A program made the position numbers and the translations under genes. The notes beneath the pieces were generated by a model. That model made no database searches. It had not been told where the DNA came from and saw nothing but the letters and a program-made list of their open reading frames with translations. From Hydrurus foetidus (taxonomy: Eukaryota): 64,000 bases of DNA. Position 1 is the first letter of the stretch. Each line of letters begins with the position of its first letter. The DNA lies in assembly GCA_900617105.1 (NCBI GenBank), contig UYFQ01000437.1, positions 1 to 64,000 of the forward strand. The letters run 5' to 3'. Of this stretch, positions 53,600-64,000 are shown one piece after another.

Positions 53600-56557
53600 C
53601 TATCTTCTTGTCAATGAGACAGTCCGTATTTTTTCTTGTGACATTCTAAGTCCATCTGCAGATAGAACTTTGCCAACATAATCTATTTCGGCATAGCCTA
53701 GATAACACTTATTCGGTTTAAGGAATATTTTGTGTTTCCTAAAGCGATCGAACACAAGACGAAGTCTAGAAATAAGTTCGTCAATGTCTTTACCGAAAAC
53801 ATTGCAATCATCTATGTACATTTCGCATATAGAGTATATCAGCCCTGCTAACACAACAGTCGTCATAATCTGTTGGAAATAGGAGGGTGCTTGTTTTGGC
53901 CCAAAGGGTAAACGAGTGAATTGATATACTCCGCAGAATAGTATGAATGCAGTATAAGCACGTGCAGCGAGTGTAAGTGGTGCTTGATGGTAACCTTGAG
54001 TGAGATCAAGTACAGCAAACACTTTTGCTTTATGTGCACCTATTCGACGCAACATCTCACCGATGTGTGGAATAGGATGTGATTTATCTTCGGTACAATT
54101 GTTGAGATTCCGAAAATCAATACACATGCGCTTAGTCCCATCAGATTTAGGAACTAGTAAAACTTGGCTATAATAAGCCGCGTTTGATTTTTCAACAATA
54201 TTTTGTTTTTCAAGTTTTTTAATTTGACTGAGAATGTCAGCTTGATCAACTGTTGATTTAGCCCATGGAGGTTGTCTATTTTTAGAGACTCTCCATTGGT
54301 CGTCATTGACATGAAAGTCAAACGGTGGAATATTAGCAGGAGTGGCCGAAAGTTCACTGCTAAATATATCCTTGAATTCGTGTACTAGTAACCGAAGTTT
54401 ATTTTTCTGATCTTCATCACCTGCTAAGTTTATTAGCGAGAGTGGGTCAGTATCAGGAAATTCATCTATCCAAGGTGAAAACGAGTCCTTGATCGAGTCG
54501 TCGATTTCGTCCTCATCAGGGGGCACAGCCTCAAAAAGTCTTTCAGACTCTTGTATTAGTGAAGCTAGAATAACATGTGTTTGGGTTACTGCCGGTTTCA
54601 CCTTTTGGGTTAAAGGATCGACCTTTGGGGAGCCATCAGAGGGTTGCAACTTCTCCTTAGGCTGACAGCCACACGTTATATCCACTTGTTCAGAAGATAA
54701 AACTTCCGCTAATGAGGTAGTGTTTGATGAAGCATTGGCAGATATTTGATCGGGGAAACGTGAAAATAAATTCAATTCGCGAATTGTTTTTCGTCCCACT
54801 ATTAGATCAAATTTCGAATCGTCTAAAACATAAGCCGTGATTTGAAAAGTATAATAATTATTTAAATCAGGGCAAAAATAAGAAAGAGTTAAGTCTATAG
54901 TGTCAGAAATATCATAACAATGATTATCTAATCCACTACAAACTTTACACAATTTCTTTGAAGAGTTAGATACGAATTGTGTGAAATTATGATTAATTAT
55001 GATGCGGCGATGTATAAAGTTGCCAGCAAAAGAGCCGGTGTCCAGGAGAGTAAAGACTCTATTACTTTTTTCCAGCATAACCTCCTGTGAGAGGGGAGAT
55101 ACGAAGAAAGGAATAAGTTCTGGATCATCGGAAAGAATAGATGATGAATTTAGGTTGCATAGTTGCTCACCTTTGTGTTTCTTCGCAGCGTTTGTCGAGT
55201 CTGCTGTTGATGTAGCAGGTTTTGACGAAGAGGAAGAAGAAGAGGAAGACGATGAAGAAGAGGTCGATGTCTTAGGTAAAGTTGGAATAAACTTAGCCTT
55301 TGAATCGACTTTCAACAACTGCTTATGACCCTCAGAGTTGATATAGGGTGCGTCTGTACTGTTATAGTACGGAGACGTAGTGTAAAAACACGTGGCGACG
55401 AAATGGCCGAGTCTCCCACAACCTGTGCACAGAGGTCTTTCGAATTTGTCAGACTTGTCTGATTGCACAGATTGTTCGCTCTCTCGTGGACGTTTTTTGA
55501 TTTTGTCCTGAGAGGAACGGGGAGGAGCTTTGATTTGGCGAGAGTGATCACCATACAAAGGAGAGACATCAATGAACCGTAAGGCATCAATTGATTCTCG
55601 TAGCTTAGCAAGCTGCGCAAGCCATACGAATCGAAAGTCTTCGATTGTAATGAGTCTTGGCGTTGTATTGTTAAGACTACGCTGTAACACTGCTCTCCAA
55701 TTGATAGGTTCGACAGGCAACTTATCGATTAGAATTTTGGTTGCCTGAAGTTGGAGAGCGGGTGTTGCATCAGGGAATCCATCAACAATATCAGCTAAAA
55801 GCTGATCTGTCTTGTCTTCCACTGATTTATCCTTCAGGTCGAATTGAAGTGCGACCTGAGAGACAGTTTCAATGAAACTCAGCTTGTCAGTTCGATTGAC
55901 AGCTGATGTAGGAACTGTGAGATTGAGTTCTCTACAGAACAATTGATTCGACCAATGTTTCCAATTGTTACAGGAGTCGCGACGATCGGGATCAGTTGCA
56001 AACTTTCGCTTGAGAAGCGTTGTAAACGATTGATGGTTGGAAACATGGATTACATCAACTGGTTTAAATGGAGTTCCATTTGAAAGGAGGACCTCCATTA
56101 CCCGTAGTACTTCCTGACGAGAGGGCACGGCGCTCAACTTAGGAGCTCTCTCACCCGTTTGCACATAGTGCTGAGGTGGTGCCATCGAACGAGGAATCTC
56201 AGCCGAAGCTGGTGTCGCAGACGAATCTGGTGTCGCAGCCGAAGCTGGTATCTCAGCCGAAGCTGGTGTCGCAGTCGAAACTGGTGATAACGTTAGAGCG
56301 GATAAAGCAGATAGAACAGGAGTATCAATAACAGACGAGACCGCAGGCTCCGAATTCCGCTGAGGAATCGGTGCAGACAGGTCGCCGGCGGGGTCCTGAG
56401 CCGCAGGTGGCCCAGGAGACTCGATGCTATCTCCTCCACGATTGTGGTGCTCCTCGTAACGTTGTCGGAAGGCGACGGCGACAGCTCTAGGGGGCTGTCG
56501 TTGTCGGCGAAGGGAGTTGATGGTGCTAATCCTCTTGTCCTGGCGTCGGAGAGCCAT
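53600..56557 (-). CDS. Element B gag-protease-RT single ORF, truncated by an internal deletion
   Basis: Likely ATG at 56557 (MALRRQ). CTGCGRLGHFVATC knuckle, LLDTGS, DLTQGYHQ, LPFG, YIDD. Ends before RNase H. Confidence 0.88.
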   Translation of the reverse strand: MALRRQDKRISTINSLRRQRQPPRAVAVAFRQRYEEHHNRGGDSIESPGPPAAQDPAGDLSAPIPQRNSEPAVSSVIDTPVLSALSALTLSPVSTATPASAEIPASAATPDSSATPASAEIPRSMAPPQHYVQTGERAPKLSAVPSRQEVLRVMEVLLSNGTPFKPVDVIHVSNHQSFTTLLKRKFATDPDRRDSCNNWKHWSNQLFCRELNLTVPTSAVNRTDKLSFIETVSQVALQFDLKDKSVEDKTDQLLADIVDGFPDATPALQLQATKILIDKLPVEPINWRAVLQRSLNNTTPRLITIEDFRFVWLAQLAKLRESIDALRFIDVSPLYGDHSRQIKAPPRSSQDKIKKRPRESEQSVQSDKSDKFERPLCTGCGRLGHFVATCFYTTSPYYNSTDAPYINSEGHKQLLKVDSKAKFIPTLPKTSTSSSSSSSSSSSSSKPATSTADSTNAAKKHKGEQLCNLNSSSILSDDPELIPFFVSPLSQEVMLEKSNRVFTLLDTGSFAGNFIHRRIIINHNFTQFVSNSSKKLCKVCSGLDNHCYDISDTIDLTLSYFCPDLNNYYTFQITAYVLDDSKFDLIVGRKTIRELNLFSRFPDQISANASSNTTSLAEVLSSEQVDITCGCQPKEKLQPSDGSPKVDPLTQKVKPAVTQTHVILASLIQESERLFEAVPPDEDEIDDSIKDSFSPWIDEFPDTDPLSLINLAGDEDQKNKLRLLVHEFKDIFSSELSATPANIPPFDFHVNDDQWRVSKNRQPPWAKSTVDQADILSQIKKLEKQNIVEKSNAAYYSQVLLVPKSDGTKRMCIDFRNLNNCTEDKSHPIPHIGEMLRRIGAHKAKVFAVLDLTQGYHQAPLTLAARAYTAFILFCGVYQFTRLPFGPKQAPSYFQQIMTTVVLAGLIYSICEMYIDDCNVFGKDIDELISRLRLVFDRFRKHKIFLKPNKCYLGYAEIDYVGKVLSADGLRMSQEKIRTVSLTRR

Positions 56558-56658
56558 TGTCTTCGACTGTCGGATATGAGTGATGGGATTTGAAAGTGAT
56601 GGCGTGGAGAAATGAATTTCTCGCAAAAAAAGCTTTGGTATCGACCAAATATCGATAT

Positions 56659-56920
56659 TGTGGTCTTGGGCGGGGCCTAGGACGTTAGAGCTAAAAGTGG
56701 TGGACGGTTGATGCAAGCGGTGGGCAAGGGAAGCAAGGATAGGTGGAATAAACTTGTGTTAGTATTTTACAGTTGAGTATCTACAAGTGATGTGTACGCT
56801 AAAGTGCATTCACGTCATATGTGGAACTAAGACCTAAAAGTGGAATCTGGGCGTAATATACCTATTGTACCTAGTTAACCTAGACACATTGTATCCCCTT
56901 AGGAATGCAATAAGGCTACA
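56659..56920 (-). repeat. Element B 5' LTR
   Basis: Matches 51946-52207. Confidence 0.96.
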
Positions 56921-57630
56921 GCCTCCCCTTTGTCCAACGGACCATGAACAGCTCAGTTCATGGCTCCACGGGAGTGTCACCGGGTAACCTGCTCTTCGGC
57001 AACCGCTTGGATCTGAACAGAGGCATCCTCACGCCCTTTCAACCGGCCCTTCCATCTAAGACTCCGGGCTCACGCATCATGGCTGACATGATTAACGCTC
57101 AGGATACGACGCACAGGACAGTCCAAGAAATGGCGCAGGAACACGCGGCACAGCGCTTAACGGATCAGCCGGATCCAACCGTTTTCCCTGTCGGTTCGTA
57201 CGTACTGGCGCAGTACGCTACAGGTCCCCCTACGCGGCTACACACACACTGGCAAGGTCCGATGGAGGTGATTTCCCATCGCGATTCGGAGTATGTACTC
57301 CTGAACATCGTCTCTAAGAAGACTAAGAGAATCCACGCTTCCAAACTCAAGATATTCCTATTCGATCCAGCGAGGATCGAACCCATGGACTCAGCCCGAC
57401 GCGACTACATGGAGTTCTACATCGAGGCGATCACAGCCCACAAAGGCAACACCAAGAAGGTCTCCACGTTTACCTTCCTCGTCAAATGGCTTAATTATAG
57501 CGAGGAACACAACTCATGGGAGCCATGGAGTACTCTGAGACTCACGGACCAGCTACACACCTACCTCAAGGGCGCCGGACTGAAAGCGCTGGTTCCGCAC
57601 AACCTGCGTGGCGAAGATATGCCGGTGTGA
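56921..57630 (+). pseudogene. Element A integrase C-terminus + chromodomain
   Basis: HWQGP, FYIEAI, FLVKWLNY...SWEPW. Confidence 0.9.
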
Positions 57631-57928
57631 GATTTTTCTCAAAATTTAGCCATTTTTTTCACCCTACGTGGGTTTTTACGGTTTTAGTCAGTGAAACCTG
57701 ACATACTCACACCCGGTCAAGATCGCTGCAGTCGGACGCACGGACACTCCCGGTCAGGACCTGGTCCCAAACTCTCTTTTAGTCTAGTTATTTGCATCAT
57801 TTTTCACAAACTTGATGTATTTTTCTGCTTTAATGTTAGTTCATAATTTTTTATCATTAGTTACACGTAAGTAGTCAAAAGAGAGAAGCGAGACTAAGGT
57901 CTTTTCGGGAAGGAGTAAGTGGGGGTAA

Positions 57929-58143
57929 TGTGATGGTACAGGATTTAGTACCACATTCCTACCCTCCGTAGTACCGTATAGCCGTCCGTACATGTGGCTG
58001 AGAGTCCTTCTGACCTCTCGCAGCCTGTTAGTTACCTTGCAACGCTTTGCATGCAGAGTTTTACACCTCTGCAAGCTCACCCACCCTCCTTTCCGTTGTA
58101 AGCTAAACTACCTTTCTGCCTCTCCAGCTTCATTTGGACTACA
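57929..58143 (+). repeat. Element A 3' LTR (~215 bp)
   Basis: Starts TG right after the PPT and ends CA where the pogo transposase resumes; its 3' part resembles the LTR of element C. No second copy is present to confirm it. Confidence 0.75.
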
Positions 58144-58475
58144 ACGTCGTGATCAACAAACCGTTCAAGAATGCAGTCCGATAGGGATTCAGAGATCACA
58201 TGGATGACTTATTTCGAATCCATCGTGAGAAAGGATTGCCTACAACAGAGTTTTCTCCCAAGCTCACAATGGGTGCGTTGAAACCGTTCCTGACAAGCTT
58301 TGTCCAAAATGGCATTCAAGCGCTGAAGACTCCGGAAATGAAGACATGTATCCAGAACTCGTTCGCCTCTGATGGCTGCTTTCAAATCATGAGATCGGAC
58401 GAAGTGCAGCTTGCAATTCAGTTAGAGGCAGCCATATTCACCGAGGATCCACTTGCTGTCAATGATGTCGAGAGT
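58144..58475 (+). pseudogene. pogo/DDE_1 transposase, C-terminal fragment
   Basis: (D)VVINKPFK motif following the last catalytic D; stop at 58182; cut by element C. Confidence 0.75.
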
Positions 58476-61400
58476 TGTGGTAGTTCCGGGTCCAAGGTCC
58501 CGATCCTACCGGATAGTACTACGGTACACTACCCACCGTACACTACAGTCTGTTGTATCGTCGTAGCCACTTACAGCCTCCACGTAGAAGTTAACCCTAG
58601 CTTCTAGCTTTCCCGCTGTAACTAACTACCTCTCTAGCCTTCCACCTCTTCCTTTTCCCATTCGAGCCATAATAGCGCTATTGCCGCTCATCCTCCTTCT
58701 CTTCTTTTCTACCCATCTACTCGTCCCAAACTTTAGATAGACTTCCAAAGGAGTATATTCACTCCACGACTTCCGAGGAGTCGTTTTCTCGCTGAGCCCG
58801 AAGCTCCGAGAACTTAGTTTAAGTTTACAGGAGTTTGGCATAGCCGCTTCCTGCTTGAAACCCTCCGAAAGGTGTTTTCAAAAGTTCGTTTTTGGTCGAA
58901 GTCGCGAGAGGCTTCCCAACTCGAAATTAAGGAGTTCTCCACTGGCAATTTGGACACCGGTTCCACTGCTAGAGACATCAGATTAGTCTAAGGACGTCTT
59001 TTGGTCGACAGGAAGTTCTTCCTTCATCCTTAACAGGACACCAAAATTTTTATCACCCAAAATTCGGCTTCGACGCCATAGAATTTTTCTCGACAAGAGT
59101 GGGTTGAAATCATCTCATTCGCTGTTACTTGCGTAAAGTACTCGATACGCGAACGAGGCGAAGCTCTCGCAAATTTTTTTTGACGAGGAAAGCTCGTCCT
59201 TGCTTCGATACAACTCGATTTATATCGACTGCTCATCCTACGATAGGAGATGGAAGACGAGGGTCTACATCCTGAGCCTGAGCCAAATGAGCCAGACAAC
59301 GAGCATGAAGTGGATGAGGAAGGAAACATCCTTAACATCTCACAAAGCTCACAATCATCAAGCATGGGGTTTCCCCAGACGCTTCAGATCCAGCGTGAGA
59401 TATTCATCCTACGGGGAGATTATATTACTCCGCAGGATGCTGAAGAATTCTATGAGCAAGCACAACGCTTACCTCACTTGCATATTAAACAATGCATGCA
59501 ACGTCAAGCAATCGATTTGCTTCATGTTAAAATCTTAACTGATCAGTCGACACTGGCAGTTATTACCAACGAGCAACGCCTTAATTGGCAAAACCTCCTT
59601 CCGATAGAGAGTGTTGGCAAGTTGGTAATGCAATACTTTTGCAAGAACAAACAAGGGGATCATACCTTAGCAGAACTGTTTGCTAAGGTCCCTTTCCACT
59701 ATTCTCTTTCCTCCGATGAGGAAGAGTTAGTAACGTACATGGCGTACAAAGAGATCGCCACGGATCACGAACGTGTCCGTCATATCACCGCATCTCAGCA
59801 TGCCGAGTTGATAGCGATTCTTGAGAAACGACTCCCTCGAGGGAGCCGAATCTTGGGTGATTACGTCGCTCACAAAGCACGTGACAATGAGTCCCCAAGA
59901 CGTGGGAAGTCGCCATGTTGCGCATTATCGCGGTCGTCACGGCGGCTCGCGACGCAATTCACATGAGCAGGAGTTATGGCAACCCTGACATTGTCTACTC
60001 GTTTCCGAGTACAGCAGTCCCTCCTCCCCGCTCTACTAAAAGCGGGCGAGCACACTGGCTATCCGTGATGTAGATATCCCAAGTGGGAGTAGCAACCTAG
60101 CGGTACGTTCGACACTTGACGAACCGTTAGTGTCCGCTGCCCGGGTTTGTCGCTCATGCGGAAACCCTGCACATATTCTATCAGATTGTACAGTCATGTA
60201 CTATTCCGATACCAACAACGATCACGGCTGTAACTGGTCTGATTCGTTTGTAGGTAAGGCATGGCTGGCACAAGGTGAAGTTATGTGGCAGGAAAGACTC
60301 ATCCTACCTGGGTTCGAAACCAGGGAGAGATTCCACCCTGCAGGGGCACCCCCTTACTTGATGTGCAATAACAAGAAGCACAAGGGTAACCAGGGTGGAG
60401 GTAAGGGGTTCAACCCAAACCAGGGAAACCAAAACCAAGGTTCGGGAAACCGCGGGAATCAAAACCAAGGTAACCAGAACCAAGGTTCCGGAAACCAAAA
60501 CAACCAAGGTTACGGAAACCAAGGTAACCAAAACCGCAACCAAGGGAACCCCGGTCCTACGGGCAACCAAGGTGGTGGCAGAGGGTATCAAGGTAAAAAC
60601 CCTCGAGGGGGTCGATACAACCCACCCCAAGGGGATAACAACGCGAGCAACGGCTCTGCAAACCAACAAGGTACATATGATCCTGATGTCGATTCATCTG
60701 ATGTCACTGACATGGAACATTCAGTATCATGCATTACTGCATCGGTCATTCCAGCATTTATTCCCGATGAATTTTTGCATGATCCATCAATTCTACCTTC
60801 TGACCATCTCAACGTAACGGTTTTGATACAGGATAAGGATAAGGAGCGCCAATCTAACGTACGACGCGTTGTGGGCAAGGCCGTACTCGATACCGCCAAT
60901 TACTCCGAGGATTTTATTTCTTTCACGATGATTGATAAGTTGAATGCTAAACATGACTGTTATAAAGCTTCTAAACCCATTACTGTTTGCTCTGGTCTCG
61001 ATGGCCAGTGCTATATAAATAACGAAATGATTGATTTAATTCTTAAATTTCATTCTTATGACGGCGAATGTCATACCATCCCTTTAACGATGCGGGTTAA
61101 TAGGAACACAGACATTGAACTTTTACTAAGTCGAAAAACTGTAAATAAATATGATTTTATGTCATTAACACCTTTCGCTTTTGGTATTTCTCCCGAGCTT
61201 AGTGCCGAGAACAAAAGGAAGCGTGATGCTCGTTGGCTCGAGTTTGAAGAAAGGGAAGCGATAGCCAAGCTTGACCCGCTTCACTGGCACAAATACACCA
61301 GACGTATGATATCTGAGGGTTTTATACCCGAAGAACCGGAAGTGGAGTCGATTACACCTACATACGATATGTTAAAGGGTATCACCAAAGCAAGACTTTC

Positions 61401-64000
61401 GAATCGGAGAGAACCATACGGTCTCTGCCCAATGCCAACACCTAAGAAGGCCATTCTGCACGCACCTCTAACCAAGGAAGTCGTAGGGTCAGATTGTCAT
61501 ACAACGTTCACGTGTAACGTTACCCAGGATGGTACCAAGGGAGTCATGACCCAAAGTCCATGTGGTGATGTGGGTTGTCAGCGACTGGACAGTGTCTCGA
61601 CTGTACTCGCGAAACGTACGGGTGATACCCCGCACCTAGATGGTGACTCGATTCCCATCCTCACACATACCTCTGGGGACACTGTTACATCAGACTATGA
61701 CGCGGAAGCCATATGGCCAAGCGGTGTCGCACTCTCCGTTGACGAGATTGACGATGATAAAACTGATACCTTCGCACCTTTCTTGCGTGACAAGACGTGC
61801 CGGAATGTACCGCCCAACGGGCCGGATGATTTCTTGTCTCAGATTCATTTTGAAGGAGATGAAAGCCTTCAAAAGGATCTCCGTACTCTCTGTTCTGAAT
61901 TCGCTGATATATTCAGTGATAAGCTAGCTCCGCAAGCTGCTGACCTCAAGCCGTTTGAGATAAACCTGCCACGGCAGAAACCTGCCAGTCATCCTGTAAT
62001 GGTAAATAAGACAGCCGATACATATCGAACCTGCATCGATTATCGAGCACTCAATGAATGCATTGAGCCGGCCTCCTTTCCACTACCAAATATCAAACAC
62101 CTCTTTGAGAGGATCGGTAATCGAAAACCGGATATTTATGGGGTGATGGATTTAACCGCGGGTTACCATCAAGCTCCCTTATATACACCCCACCGAATCT
62201 ATACGGCATTTATATGTTTCATGGGGGTGTTTCAATTCACAAGATTGCCTTTTGGCCCTTGTCGTGCCCCCTCTTACTTTCAAGAGCAGATGGTGACAAC
62301 GGTCCTTCACGGTCTTATATACAGCTGTTGCGAGATGTATCTCGATGATTGCATTGTATATGGCCGGGGCGAAGCAGAGTTTCTTTTGAACTTGAGGAAA
62401 GTCTTTGAGAGATTTAGACTTAAAAATCTTAAACTCAAAGCAAAGAAATGCCGATTCGGTCTTAAACGTATCGAATACGTCGGACGAGTCATCGACAAAG
62501 ATGGTTTATCCATGTCGAAAGAAAAGATTGAGACAGTACTCAACTTTCCACTTCCAAAAGAAGTTACGGCATTACGGGGATTCCTTGGCTTAGCCAATTA
62601 TTTCCGTCAATTCGTTCCTTTTCACTCAGAAATGGTAAAACCACTTCACATGATGGTGGATCCAAAAGCGGTTAAACGCTCTCCAATTTTTGGACCCTCG
62701 AGGGGACAAACGCATTCAATGAGACAAAGATCGCTGTATCTCGTTGTCCATTGATGTATTTCATCGATGAAACTTCACCCATCAGATTATATACTGATGC
62801 ATCTGATTATGGAATCGGTGGTGTATTATTCCAAGTCATTAATGACGAATGGAAGCCAATCGCTTTTATTAGCAAATCTCTATCTGCAACTCAGATTAAT
62901 TGGTCAACAATACAAAAGGAGGCTTACGCTATCTTTTATTGTTGCCAACAATTGATTATTATCCGAGATCGGAAATTCACTATTCATACTGATCATATGA
63001 ATTTGACATATATGAAACAAAATCCTACTTCGATGGTAGCACGGTGGTTCATTGCAATGCAAGAACTAGATTTCACCGTTCATTTTGTTAAAGGATCTGA
63101 TAACGAACTAGCCGATGCGCTGTCACGTTTATGTCCAAATCTTACTGAGATTGCTCTACCATTGACAATTATCAAAGATGGTTGTTCATCATCATCTACA
63201 TCTTCTTCCACAAGTGTGGCGGCTTTAACGGTTATCGAACCGGCCACAGATGAACAAATACTTCATATTCAAATGTGCCACAATGCAATTGTTGGTCACA
63301 ACGGTGTCGACCGAACCCTCACTCGACTTTACAGTCTAAACCAAGTGTGGAAAAATATGAAACAGCACGTACGTTCATACATACGAAACTGTCCTTGTTG
63401 TCAAAAACTAAGTGCGGTTGATGCGAAAATCAATGCAGCCCATTTTTCAACTTCTACTCACGCAATTTTCGATACGTTGAATATTGACTTTGTGGGTCCT
63501 TTTCCCGATAAGGGGTATATTCTCGTCATAATTGACACCTTCTCCAGATGGACAGAAATGTTCTGGTGTAAGGACGCTACTGCCGAATCTGCAGCGGAGA
63601 ATTTATTAACACATTTTGGTCGATTCGGTTCGCCAAACATGATAAGATCGGATCGTGGATCCCATTTCGCTAATGATCTCATAAAAGAGTTCTTAGATCT
63701 TACGGGTACGCCCCATAATCTCACTCTAGCTTACTCCTCTCAAGAGAATGCGATTGTTGAACGAGTCAATAAAGAGATAAATAGACATTTAAAAGGACTG
63801 GTGTTCGATACACCGTCCCTTGTCCATTATGCAAAATGCATTCCGTTCGTACAACGAATTATAAATAGTTCAGTTAATAAACGTACGGGTGCAAGTCCAG
63901 CATCTATCCTATTTGCGGATAAACTTGATTTGAATCGAGGAATTTTAACACCTCATTTGTTACCAGTGGTATCATCATCAAATTCAACATATATTGCTGA
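58476..64000 (+). mobile_element. Ty3/Gypsy LTR retrotransposon C (runs off window)
   Basis: Putative 5' LTR 58476-58671, gag from 59250 (CRSCGNPAHILSDC), PR (VLDTA), RT (YLDD), RH (LYTDASDYG, ~62790), integrase to the window end; frameshifts and small deletions. Confidence 0.88.
59250..64000 (+). pseudogene. Element C gag-pol, frameshifted, 3'-truncated by window edge
   Basis: ORFs 59250-59966 and 60130-62754, then a frame carrying RH and INT after ~62690; clear similarity to pol of A and B. Confidence 0.85.

Larger units (their letters stand above)
51946..56920 (-). mobile_element. Ty3/Gypsy chromodomain LTR retrotransposon B, nested in the integrase of A
   Basis: Two apparently identical 262-bp TG..CA LTRs, 4-bp TSD GCCT, PPT at 52208-52227 (minus strand). 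Removing it restores YKLC-LPFVQR in A. Confidence 0.96.
46623..58143 (+). mobile_element. Ty3/Gypsy chromodomain LTR retrotransposon A (5' LTR missing; split by element B)
   Basis: gag with CCHC knuckle (~47091-48600), PR, RT (YLDD), RNase H (LYTDASDYG), integrase split at 51945/56921, chromodomain (to 57630), PPT 57907-57928, TG..CA 3' LTR. Confidence 0.88.

Noticed and set aside
56636..56648. TGGTCGA as a canonical tRNA PBS for element B
   Set aside because: It lies 11 nt from the LTR, I cannot match it to a tRNA, and in C the same motif is >200 nt downstream (~58893, ~59002).

Overview
Eukaryotic nuclear DNA with short GT-AG introns and the standard code. The gene style suggests a stramenopile or algal protist (inference only). 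1-9 kb is a TE-rich block: a decayed intron-containing Sola-like DDD transposase, a tandem Tudor/chromo-barrel pseudogene, and a TIR-bounded non-coding element whose 1.75-kb interior is tandemly duplicated. 9-44 kb is a compact gene block: Sfi1-like protein, an RCC1 protein, SMARCAD1/Fun30, WS/DGAT, RluA-type pseudouridine synthase, KMO, D2HGDH, IWS1, SCYL1 and a second RCC1 protein. An intact PIF/Harbinger transposon (18-bp TIRs, TAA TSD) sits just upstream of IWS1. 45-64 kb is a five-element nest: a pogo/DDE_1 transposase interrupted by a Harbinger MITE and by two Ty3/Gypsy elements (A and C), with a third (B) inserted inside A; A and B carry chromodomains. The most notable observation is that both Gypsy elements with an intact 5' LTR junction lack a tRNA PBS and instead have a co-varying 12-bp palindrome. 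All three have a phase-1 splice-donor-like motif at the gag/pol boundary, and A and B share a two-hairpin 3'-UTR motif.
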